The position numbers were made by a program, and so were the translations under genes. A DNA stretch of 62,993 nt, taken from positions 1-62,993 of IMG/VR virus record IMGVR_UViG_3300046171_000113; one strand, given 5' to 3'. The DNA is from a virus. Lineage: Duplodnaviria; Caudoviricetes. Each line of letters opens with the position of its first letter. Position 1 is the stretch's first letter. This document shows positions 1 through 7,426 of the stretch, piece after piece. The notes beneath the pieces were generated by a model. It was not told where the DNA came from. It saw nothing but the letters and a program-made list of their open reading frames with translations, and searched no databases.

Positions 1-1333
1 GCACATTCTTCAATTACATCTTGTGCAAACTCCATTTCAGTTGGAGCCCAGATTCTACCAGACTCAAACAATGGAGATACAGAGTTAACTCTAGTGTGTT
101 TGTCATTACCTTTTGATGGTGTGAAATTTAAAACTGGTATACCCATCTTTCTTAATTCATAAGTAAGCGGTAACCCTGATGCCTTACTCTCGATTATAAC
201 CGTCTCTGGATTCCAATAACCATATTGATCCATAGCCACTCTACGTAACTCTGGAAACTCATACCGACCTTTTATTGCATCAAGAAGCATGAGACAGGGA
301 CCACTATCCTCGTTGGATGAAACACGCCCCAGGTAGTAATTGCAGAATAGTCAGCAGTTTGTTTTTTCATAAAAGCTGTATCGTAAGATTGAATAACATG
401 TTCGATTGCAGGTAAACTATCTTTCTCCCAAGGTTGCCACCATTCACGTTTTATTAATGCTCCTTCTTCTGAAGTAGGATTCTGCATGTATTGTGCATTC
501 CACTTTGAACCAGGAATAGAAGCCTTGACTGATTCTAAATCCTTCAGGTTCCAGTATTCAGGCCACAGGGGTTTACCACTTGGTAGGATCGCAGGAAACT
601 CAATCACCTCCCATTGATCAGCCTTTGGTTCTTTTTGTGCAGAGATCAAACGACCTGCTAAATCTTTTTCATTCCATCTAGTCATTACAATTACAATTGT
701 TCCACCAGGTTGAAGACGTTGACGTGGACCAGATGTATACCACTCATAAGTTCTATCTAGAGCTTGAGCATTCATTGCATCTTGTTCAGTATGTGGATCA
801 TCAATAATCAAGAGATCGGCACCACGACCTGTGATGGCTGAACCAACACCAGCAGCATAATATTCACCACCTTGTTGAGTTTCCCATTTACCAGCAGCTT
901 GAGAATCTTCTTTGAGTCTTGTTTGAAATACTTCTTTGTACTCAGGTGAATCCATAAGTTGTTTTGCCTTACGACCAAACCTTACAGATAATTCAGTTGT
1001 GTTAGTTGATTGAATAATTTTTAGTTTAGGATTACGACCCACCATCCAAGCAGGTAATAGATATGATGCAAACTCAGACTTTGTATGTCTAGGTGCCATA
1101 TTAATAATTACACGTTTAACTTTACCTTTTGCTATGTCATTAAATTTTTTAGCAACTTGTTTGTGATGTGATCCTTCAATAAAATCTGGCCAGACGTGTT
1201 TTACAAAAGCCATAAAGTCATCTCTAATATCAGCTTCTTTTTTCTTGTCTTTCCATTTAGCCATATACAAAGCTAATTGTCTTTTTACATCAGGTGGTAA
1301 TTTCTCAAACTTTTTTAACTTATCTATATCCAT
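1..1333 (-). CDS. terL: Terminase large subunit, allele A; truncated by window edge, 1-nt frameshift near 313
   Basis: APRHTKS Walker A, LLIIDDPH Walker B, QSYDTA nuclease motif; restoring one base continues as HPNEDSGPCLMLLDAIKGRYEFPEL, matching the copy at 57584. Confidence 0.92.
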
Positions 1334-1501
1334 AACTCATTCGAAAAAATTTTCTAAAAAATTTTTACAGCTTTAATTTAGAAAGTCCAAAAGTATTTTA
1401 CACCTTTAAGTGTATGAAACTCGCAATAAATGCGTAACTCTGGGACCCCTTTATATACATATCTATATATTAATAATAATAAAAATTCAAATTTAGGGAG
1501 C

Positions 1502-1531
1502 GCCCTGGTACCTCTATTGAGGGACCAGGGC
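1502..1531 (-). terminator. Hairpin downstream of the 1546-1791 gene
   Basis: GCCCTGGTACCTC/GAGGGACCAGGGC inverted repeat. Confidence 0.55.
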
Positions 1532-1545
1532 CAGAAAGGTTGGTT

Positions 1546-1791
1546 CTAGTCTAGTAGAACCATGTATGCTTCAGCATTATGCTGTCTGAAGTAGTTTATA
1601 TCTTTACGTACTTTGTCCCAAAGCTTTGACGTACCGTCGACGCCTGCTGCTTTGTCCTCTAGTGTAGCTGCTAACTCGTTGATGAATAGTCTGTCATGAA
1701 TGATAGCTTCTTCCTTAGTTAACATAATAGACTCGCCATTGAATCTATTCTTACGTTCTTCTGTCTTGTTGTCTGTGTTTGTTTGTGTCAT
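1546..1791 (-). CDS. Small early hypothetical protein (C-terminus AEAYMVLLD)
   Basis: ORF with AGAAAGG RBS and its own TTGACA promoter; distant counterpart of 59323-59592. Confidence 0.8.
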   Translation of the reverse strand: MTQTNTDNKTEERKNRFNGESIMLTKEEAIIHDRLFINELAATLEDKAAGVDGTSKLWDKVRKDINYFRQHNAEAYMVLLD

Positions 1792-1810
1792 ATTATACCT
1801 TTCTTGTTAA

Positions 1811-1846
1811 TAGGATTATCCTACTCTATAAGCTGACCATTGTCAA
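1811..1846 (-). promoter_or_regulatory. sigma70-like promoter with TAGGAT-N-ATCCTA palindrome
   Basis: TTGACA-17nt-TAGGAT; palindrome at 1811-1823. Confidence 0.75.
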
Positions 1847-2156
1847 CCCTTTGAATAGAATATTCTGGACCCCACCTAGACTCATCGTTCTTGACCTTGG
1901 CATATCCTTGGGTTTCTCGTCTGTGTCTAATAAACTCAATCGGTCGACCATGCTCAATGTTTTCCATGTTATCACTTAACCAATCTAATTTACATGATTG
2001 ACTACAAAAGAATTTATCTGAGTCTGAATACCAATTCTGTTGGTCCATGTTACAGTACGCATATCGCCCTCTAACTACACCTCTAGATTTTAGAAATCTA
2101 TCTTGTGTAGGGTTTTCATGACAGGTTGGTCCTTGGCAAAAATGTTTATTACTCAT
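1821..2156 (-). CDS. Cys-rich, probable Zn-binding early protein (start MSNKHFC)
   Basis: CQGPTC and FCSQSC motifs; ATGA overlap with the upstream peptide. Confidence 0.7.
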   Translation of the reverse strand: MSNKHFCQGPTCHENPTQDRFLKSRGVVRGRYAYCNMDQQNWYSDSDKFFCSQSCKLDWLSDNMENIEHGRPIEFIRHRRETQGYAKVKNDESRWGPEYSIQRVDNGQLIE

Positions 2157-2224
2157 GCTACTACCACCAATCCCATAATTAAACCAAAGAAACCAACGCA
2201 ACAATAAAATTCAAAGCTTGTCAT
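2153..2224 (-). CDS. 23-aa hydrophobic peptide MTSFEFYCCVGFFGLIMGLVVVA (not in ORF track)
   Basis: Coupled on both sides (TAATG and ATGA overlaps); identical in the right repeat. Confidence 0.55.
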   Translation of the reverse strand: MTSFEFYCCVGFFGLIMGLVVVA

Positions 2225-2415
2225 TAATACCTCACTTTCCAACTGCCTTTGGCAGTTCTATATCCCTCTGCGTCATCATCAAAATAAGTCATTAGATTTG
2301 CACCTGCTTTGCTTGTCCAATATCTGCACTTGTCTGTCCAAGTTCCATTTCTTGTGATGTGTTTCTTATCCTTGTTAGAATAGTATGTGATTTTAAATTT
2401 AGTGTTTTCTTGCAT
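2224..2415 (-). CDS. Small early hypothetical protein (start MQENTKF)
   Basis: AGAAAGG RBS and own promoter. Confidence 0.75.
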   Translation of the reverse strand: MQENTKFKITYYSNKDKKHITRNGTWTDKCRYWTSKAGANLMTYFDDDAEGYRTAKGSWKVRY

Positions 2416-2433
2416 TTCTACCTTTCTGTTATG

Positions 2434-2468
2434 TATGGGAGTATATACCAATACTCCCATAATGTCAA
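2434..2468 (-). promoter_or_regulatory. sigma70 promoter embedded in an 11-bp inverted repeat
   Basis: TTGACA-17nt-TATACT; TATGGGAGTAT/ATACTCCCATA arms. Confidence 0.8.
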
Positions 2469-2471
2469 CCC

Positions 2472-3439
2472 TTAATTTATACTTTCTTCATATTTTTTTC
2501 TAGCTAATATCTTCGCCTCTCTTGATTGATGTTTATTCTTCATGCCCTTAATCATACTTGCAAGGTTGCTTGGATTGTAGATAGTCAAACCTGTTGAGTT
2601 AGTTCTAATTAACTCTGCCTCATCAACTTGAATACCTAGTTCAGTAGCCAACTCAATACCCTCTGAAAGATATCTATATGCTTTCAATCCAATTTTTAAT
2701 TGATCGCATTGTTTTTGAATTGTATCAATCCAAGTTTGGTGTTTTGATACAACATTACCTTTTGCAATTCGCCAATCATTAAATGTTTCGTACTCATCTT
2801 TGGTACAGGCTATTGCTCTTGATCTGCAATAAGATGTTCCAATAACATCAAGATAGTATTGGTCATCAAATGTTTTTGTCATACCATTGTGGTCGCCATT
2901 TGAATAACTATGACTACGACTATGGCCAAGTGCTTTTGAACACTCGTCAATATGTTTTGTTTTGTGTGGGTTATCTTTGTTTTCATTTTGTTGAGCATAG
3001 ATATCTGGGTTGCAATCCATAGCTTTTAAATCTTCTCGTAAATATGCAAACGCAAATTTCTTTCCCTCCTCATCACTATACTCACTACCATTTAGATTAC
3101 CAAACAAACCAAAATCAAAATGAGATTTAGTTTCTTTGATATCGCCTCCTCATCTTTGTCCTCACTATGTGCAAAGTAAAAGCATTTATCTTTTGCAACA
3201 ACATCACAAGGACTTCCATATTTCTTTTTGAAAGTTCTAAGAACAGAAACATCTTCTGGTGGATATGATCTTTCAACAACTTGCTTTGCAAGTTTGTGTG
3301 CTATGTCATAATGATAATCAACACTCTCTCTTGCTGACAAGAAATCTTCTCGTTCTTGTGTGTCCTCGTTCTCAAAGACATTTTTCATTTTATTAAAGAG
3401 TTTGTTTCGCAACTCTGTATTCATTCTTATTTTTTGCAT
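2472..3439 (-). CDS. Hypothetical protein (322 aa in right copy); 1-nt frameshift near 3147
   Basis: Two ORFs here join to match intact 60302-61270. Confidence 0.85.
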
Positions 3440-3471
3440 TTTTGCCTTTCGTTTTTGTTAAACATAATCCT

Positions 3472-3500
3472 AATATATCCTATATTATATAATCTGTCAA
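3472..3500 (-). promoter_or_regulatory. sigma70-like promoter
   Basis: TTGACA-17nt-TATATT with ATAGGAT box. Confidence 0.7.
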
Positions 3501-3582
3501 TCCCTTAAATAAAAAAACTTTCAACCTGTACGTGCATGGTTTTTTAATATATATACTAACCACCATCCCCAGCCACCGTCCA

Positions 3583-3611
3583 AGTATATAGGATAATTTG
3601 GGATATGTCAA
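3583..3611 (-). promoter_or_regulatory. sigma70 promoter
   Basis: TTGACA-17nt-TATACT with ATCCTA box in the spacer. Confidence 0.75.
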
Positions 3612-3705
3612 GAAAATAAAAAATATTTATTTTTGTATGTGCCTTAATTCTGCCTTATTTATCCTATATACTCCTAATATGTTTAATCTAACAAAACGAG
3701 GTAAA

Positions 3706-3867
3706 ATGACAGATAGAGAAACTATCGATATGGTCAAAGGTTTGACCGATGCAGGAAATAGTACAATGGAAATAATTAAAATGCAAAAAGAATTAATCGA
3801 CCTTTTATCTAAAAGAGTTGGAATTCTAGAAGAGTTTGTATTTAGAGATGTTAGAAAGAAAGCTTAA
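3706..3867 (+). CDS. Small coiled-coil hypothetical protein (start MTDRETID)
   Basis: GAGG RBS before ATG at 3706. Confidence 0.65.
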   Translation: MTDRETIDMVKGLTDAGNSTMEIIKMQKELIDLLSKRVGILEEFVFRDVRKKA

Positions 3868-3977
3868 TGGAAACTGAACAATTAAAAAGAATTGCGGATG
3901 CCCTTGAAGAGGTCATTCGTATGGTGAAAGAAGACCAAGAAAGAACTAAAAAATATTTAGAAAAAGAGAAATCTTAA
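3867..3977 (+). CDS. 36-aa protein METEQLKRIADALEEVIRMVKED... (not in ORF track)
   Basis: TAATG coupling; amphipathic helix. Confidence 0.6.
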   Translation: METEQLKRIADALEEVIRMVKEDQERTKKYLEKEKS

Positions 3978-4019
3978 TCTAAATCTGTAGCGTCCTGGAA
4001 GAAAGCCATTGGACGCTAC

Positions 4020-4081
4020 TCAATCGCAAGTTGCATCATCCAACACTGGTGCAACTTGCGATTGAATTTATTTTTTGTTTT
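4020..4081 (+). terminator. Long hairpin plus T-rich tract
   Basis: TCAATCGCAAGTTGCA/TGCAACTTGCGATTGA stem followed by ATTTATTTTTTGTTTT. Confidence 0.7.
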
Positions 4082-4206
4082 GGGTCAAGGCTCAAGCTTC
4101 AAGCAGCAAGCCACAAGCTGGTCAATTGGTCTTGGACGCTATGCGCGGCACGCGTTAGGGATAATTCCGGGTGAGACCTACCGGAAACCAGCAAGCAACA
4201 AGCAGC

Positions 4207-4240
4207 TTGACAAGATAAAGTTTATAGTATATAGGATAAT
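4207..4240 (+). promoter_or_regulatory. Promoter for the 4256 gene
   Basis: TTGACA...TATAGGATAAT then AAGGAG RBS. Confidence 0.65.
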
Positions 4241-4255
4241 AAAGGAGAAAGATTT

Positions 4256-4861
4256 ATGTTAATAAAAGAAGCAAAGAAAATTACAGACTCATTAACAAGA
4301 ACCAGCAAGATGCCAGGGCCTGAGCTTACAGCCTTGCCAGCGTGGGCCTGCCAGACTGGCGCGAAGCTTAGGAAGATTCCAACGAGCCCGTGCTTTGGTT
4401 GTTATGCTATGAAAAATAATTATACACGTTACCCAGCAATCAAGGAAGCCCAGTATAGAAGGCTCGACGCTATTAATCACCCGCAATGGGTGGAGGCAAT
4501 GGTAGCACAAATCAAACGCCAAAAATGGTTTAGATGGCATGACGCCTGGCGACCGTACAGAGTCAAAGAGCATATGGCAAAAATTATAGAAGTATGTAAG
4601 CTCACACCTGACACCCAGCACTGGATGCCAACACAAGAGCGACAATACCTGCCGGACCCTGAACAGGTTCCAGCAAATTTAATTATTAGGTTATCCGCTG
4701 CTAAGGTAGACGGGAACGCTGGCAACGCCTGGTCTCACTCTTCAACGGTGGTGACTGATGGAAACCCGAGCTGTCCAGCGCCTAAGCAAGGCGGCCAGTG
4801 TCTAGATTGTAGAGCATGCTGGAATAAAGATATAAAAAATGTTAGTTATGGTAAACACTAA
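4256..4861 (+). CDS. Gp88-like Cys-rich (putative Fe-S) phage protein; local compensating frameshifts versus right copy
   Basis: SKMPG, C-x13-CxxCYA, FRWHD(AGD) and C-x8-CxxCxxCW motifs recalled for the gene-88 family. Confidence 0.7.
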   Translation: MLIKEAKKITDSLTRTSKMPGPELTALPAWACQTGAKLRKIPTSPCFGCYAMKNNYTRYPAIKEAQYRRLDAINHPQWVEAMVAQIKRQKWFRWHDAWRPYRVKEHMAKIIEVCKLTPDTQHWMPTQERQYLPDPEQVPANLIIRLSAAKVDGNAGNAWSHSSTVVTDGNPSCPAPKQGGQCLDCRACWNKDIKNVSYGKH

Positions 4862-4976
4862 TCATGACACATGTTTTTAAACATCCAAAATTTTACAGAA
4901 TCCCTAGGGATAAATCGGATCAGGTCATTAGCAAGAGCGAACGCGACGGCGAAAGTGAGCGTGCACCTGGTCCGGG

Positions 4977-5113
4977 CCACAAGCAACAAACCTCAAGCAA
5001 CAAGCAACAAGCGGGTGAGGCTCAAGCCTCAAGCTACAAAGACTCAAGCAGCAAGTAACAAGCCTCAAGCCCCAGGGCGCAAGGCTCAAGCTTCAAGCCA
5101 CAAGCGTCAAGCT
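4977..5113 (+). repeat. Array of ~18 degenerate 7-mer NNCAAGC units
   Basis: Directly visible; shorter arrays at ~4084-4119 and ~4187-4206. Confidence 0.85.
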
Positions 5114-5402
5114 CCATGATATCCTTCCCCTTATAAAGTTTTACAAGGTTAAGGGGAAGGGTCTTAACCATAATAAATGAATGGTTCGGATGTTTCACGT
5201 GAAACGAAAATTGATGGGGTGAGAAGCGTACCTTGTTGGTTTTTGTAGCCTTTAGCTCCAATGTAAAAAAGTGCCCACGAGAATTATAGCCCAATAGATC
5301 GGGAGTACCAAAAGAGCCAGTGTTTTCAATCCTAGTCCACGATATTTTAGGTGTAAATGCTTTAAGTTCATGCCATAGTTTTCGTTCAGGTTTGACTGAC
5401 AT
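5034..5402 (-). CDS. PD-(D/E)xK nuclease, Holliday junction resolvase/VRR-NUC-like
   Basis: E...RIEN...GTPDL...LELK...Q motif. Confidence 0.75.
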   Translation of the reverse strand: MSVKPERKLWHELKAFTPKISWTRIENTGSFGTPDLLGYNSRGHFFTLELKATKTNKVRFSPHQFSFHVKHPNHSFIMVKTLPLNLVKLYKGKDIMELDACGLKLEPCALGLEACYLLLESL

Positions 5403-5410
5403 TTTTAATA

Positions 5411-5635
5411 CTACAGCTTCTTAATGACTTTGCCCATTTTCCAAGTTTCAGGAGTAATTGTAAATACCAATCGATGAGATTCTCTTACTCCTACTAATTT
5501 ATTTTGCAAGAGTTTTACACCATCAATGTCATAAAATTCTCCATTGGGTAATACGACTTGCACTCTAGCCTCTTGAGCAGCGGGTGATGCAGTAAATTTA
5601 TCTACAATCTGCTTTAATAACTTTCCGGTAAACAT
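5411..5635 (-). CDS. Hypothetical protein (start MFTGKLL)
   Basis: TTGACT-17nt-TATAAA promoter immediately upstream. Confidence 0.65.
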   Translation of the reverse strand: MFTGKLLKQIVDKFTASPAAQEARVQVVLPNGEFYDIDGVKLLQNKLVGVRESHRLVFTITPETWKMGKVIKKL

Positions 5636-5673
5636 GGGTTGATTTATAGAATAAGTTGTATTAAAAGTCAAAC

Positions 5674-6255
5674 ATGGGTTTGCCAAAAAAATTAACAGAA
5701 AAACAAATGAAGTTCGCTCACGAGATAGTAACGAACGAAGGCAGGAAGACAGCAACTGAGTGTGCTGTTGATGCAGGATTTGAATCAGAGTTTGCTAGAC
5801 AGTATGCAAGTAAACTTCAGAATCCAAAATTATATCCGTTAGTTGTAAAATATATTGGCGAGCTAAGAGAAGAGTGGCAGAAAAAATATGAAGTCACTTA
5901 CGATAGACATATATCAGAATTAGGTAAGATAAGACAGCAGGCTCTTAACAAGGGAGCGTGGTCAGCTGCAGTTAACGCTGAAGTAGCGAGAGGGAAAGCG
6001 GCTGGTCTATATATTGAGCAGAAGATAATACGTACTGGAAAATTAGAAGACCTAACAACAGAAGAACTAGAGAACAGGATGAAACAAATAATTGATGACT
6101 ACTCACCAATCCTAGAAGACGTGCCATTTGAAGAAATAAAAGAAAAATTAAATAAAGGTAAAAACCCACAAACCAATGGGCATCAACAAGAAACATCTAA
6201 TGAATCTTCGTTATCTTCTTCACGCAAGAAGAAGGAAAAACAGAACGTTCACTAA
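5674..6255 (+). CDS. terS: Terminase small subunit
   Basis: LTEKQMKFAHE...ATECAVDAGF...ASKL N-terminal HTH pattern of TerS. Confidence 0.75.
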   Translation: MGLPKKLTEKQMKFAHEIVTNEGRKTATECAVDAGFESEFARQYASKLQNPKLYPLVVKYIGELREEWQKKYEVTYDRHISELGKIRQQALNKGAWSAAVNAEVARGKAAGLYIEQKIIRTGKLEDLTTEELENRMKQIIDDYSPILEDVPFEEIKEKLNKGKNPQTNGHQQETSNESSLSSSRKKKEKQNVH

Positions 6256-6508
6256 AATGTATTGAGCCGTCATCATCGATATCATAGCCAGCAAAAATTC
6301 TTACTGTATCTTTGTCTTTACTAAATAGCCAACCTTCACTTACAGGCGTAGCTAACTTCATATTTTTAAACTCACGTTCAGAACCCCAGCCACCTTCAGT
6401 GATGATATCAATCCAATCGATACGTACACGTTTGTATGGAAACTTAACCTGCTGCTTTACAGTCTTAGGTTTAGTGTAAGTATTGATGCTTCTAGATTTC
6501 TTTGCCAT
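6197..6508 (-). CDS. Conserved phage hypothetical protein
   Basis: Coherent ORF (W-D...S-G-W pattern). Confidence 0.7.
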   Translation of the reverse strand: MAKKSRSINTYTKPKTVKQQVKFPYKRVRIDWIDIITEGGWGSEREFKNMKLATPVSEGWLFSKDKDTVRIFAGYDIDDDGSIHFSERSVFPSSCVKKITKIH

Positions 6509-6583
6509 GTCTAAACCATAGAGTTTTTATTTTGAAAAACAAGTTTTTTAAAAAAGGTAAAAAGGTTCTCTCACGCAGGGAAT

Positions 6584-6673
6584 TTGTAACACCTTGAAAC
6601 ACATTGTAACAGCATTGTAACAGCACTTTATGTAGTAATATCAACAGTTTAAAGCCATTGTCACATTGTAACA
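6584..6673. repeat. CATTGTAACA iteron-like direct repeats; candidate origin
   Basis: 3 exact and 3 degenerate copies in an intergenic gap flanked by A/T tracts. Confidence 0.7.
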
Positions 6674-6715
6674 CCCTATCTACGCTGAAAAAAATATTTA
6701 ATATCATTTTCAAAT

Positions 6716-7426
6716 TTAAACTACTAAGGGTCCCTTGGTCCCTGATGCCTGGTTCTTGTAATATAGGTCAACTCTTCTTAACCATTCGAACATAAACCCT
6801 TGAAATTCCTTACCAGATGACACGTACTTTAGAATAGTTCCATTCTTTACAGAGATTAGAATCACTCCAGAGTTAATGTTTGAGCCATACACATGGTTAT
6901 GAGCCACGGCATAAGCCGCAGTCTGTATGAAATAATCGTCAATCCATTCACGTTTCTTGTATTTGTTAGACTGTTTAAAATCCATTATGGCCTCTTTACC
7001 TTCATAGACTCCAGCGATGTCACAAGCTCCGGCGTATAGTCCGGGGTAGTACATCATCATTTCCATGCCCCACACCTCGTCTATGGAGTTCTTAAAGCCA
7101 CTATCAATCAAATTTTGAGCCATGACGCCTGCCTCTTGGCCAAGGTCTGTCATATCCATATGACCCTCACCCTTGATATATCCTTCAAGAATTCGGTGCA
7201 TAATCGTACCTCTAGCTGCTGCATTGTCTCTAATCTTGTCTGCCTCAATTTCGCCAACTTTCTGCCTCCATCTCGCCAAACTCTCTTCTTTCTCAGGTGT
7301 ACGAGTCTTGCCTAGTATAGTTGTAACCGATGGCAATTTCTCGCCATTAACTGAATACTTACGTCCATCAGGACCATCAACTCGTTTTGGGTCTTTGTAA
7401 TCGTACTTCTTATTCCATGTTATCAT
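6716..7426 (-). CDS. PD-(D/E)xK exonuclease
   Basis: LPSVTTIL, RGTIMH, YAGACD, DFKQS, QTAAYA motifs. Confidence 0.85.
   Translation of the reverse strand: MITWNKKYDYKDPKRVDGPDGRKYSVNGEKLPSVTTILGKTRTPEKEESLARWRQKVGEIEADKIRDNAAARGTIMHRILEGYIKGEGHMDMTDLGQEAGVMAQNLIDSGFKNSIDEVWGMEMMMYYPGLYAGACDIAGVYEGKEAIMDFKQSNKYKKREWIDDYFIQTAAYAVAHNHVYGSNINSGVILISVKNGTILKYVSSGKEFQGFMFEWLRRVDLYYKNQASGTKGPLVV

Larger units (their letters stand above)
1..5168. repeat. Terminal direct repeat, left copy (imperfect)
   Basis: Position 1 aligns to 57726 and 5168 to 62993; near-identical over ~2000-4270 and ~4800-5150, diverged elsewhere. Confidence 0.95.

Noticed and set aside
4117-4192. tRNA or hammerhead ribozyme
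   Set aside because: No TpsiC/anticodon cloverleaf and no CUGANGA core on either strand.
4056-4262. 68-aa ORF
   Set aside because: Crosses a terminator, repeats and a promoter.
4977-5113. CRISPR array or VNTR
   Set aside because: Units are 7 nt and degenerate with no unique spacers; no cas genes.
4864-5119. Plus-strand ORFs of 64 and 82 aa
   Set aside because: Mostly translations of the heptamer array; at most the first ~35 codons of 4864 may be real.
1-5168. Diversity-generating retroelement explaining repeat divergence
   Set aside because: No reverse transcriptase; differences are largely synonymous and not adenine-specific.
6492-6713. 73-aa ORF
   Set aside because: No RBS, and it spans the iteron-like repeats; better explained as non-coding.
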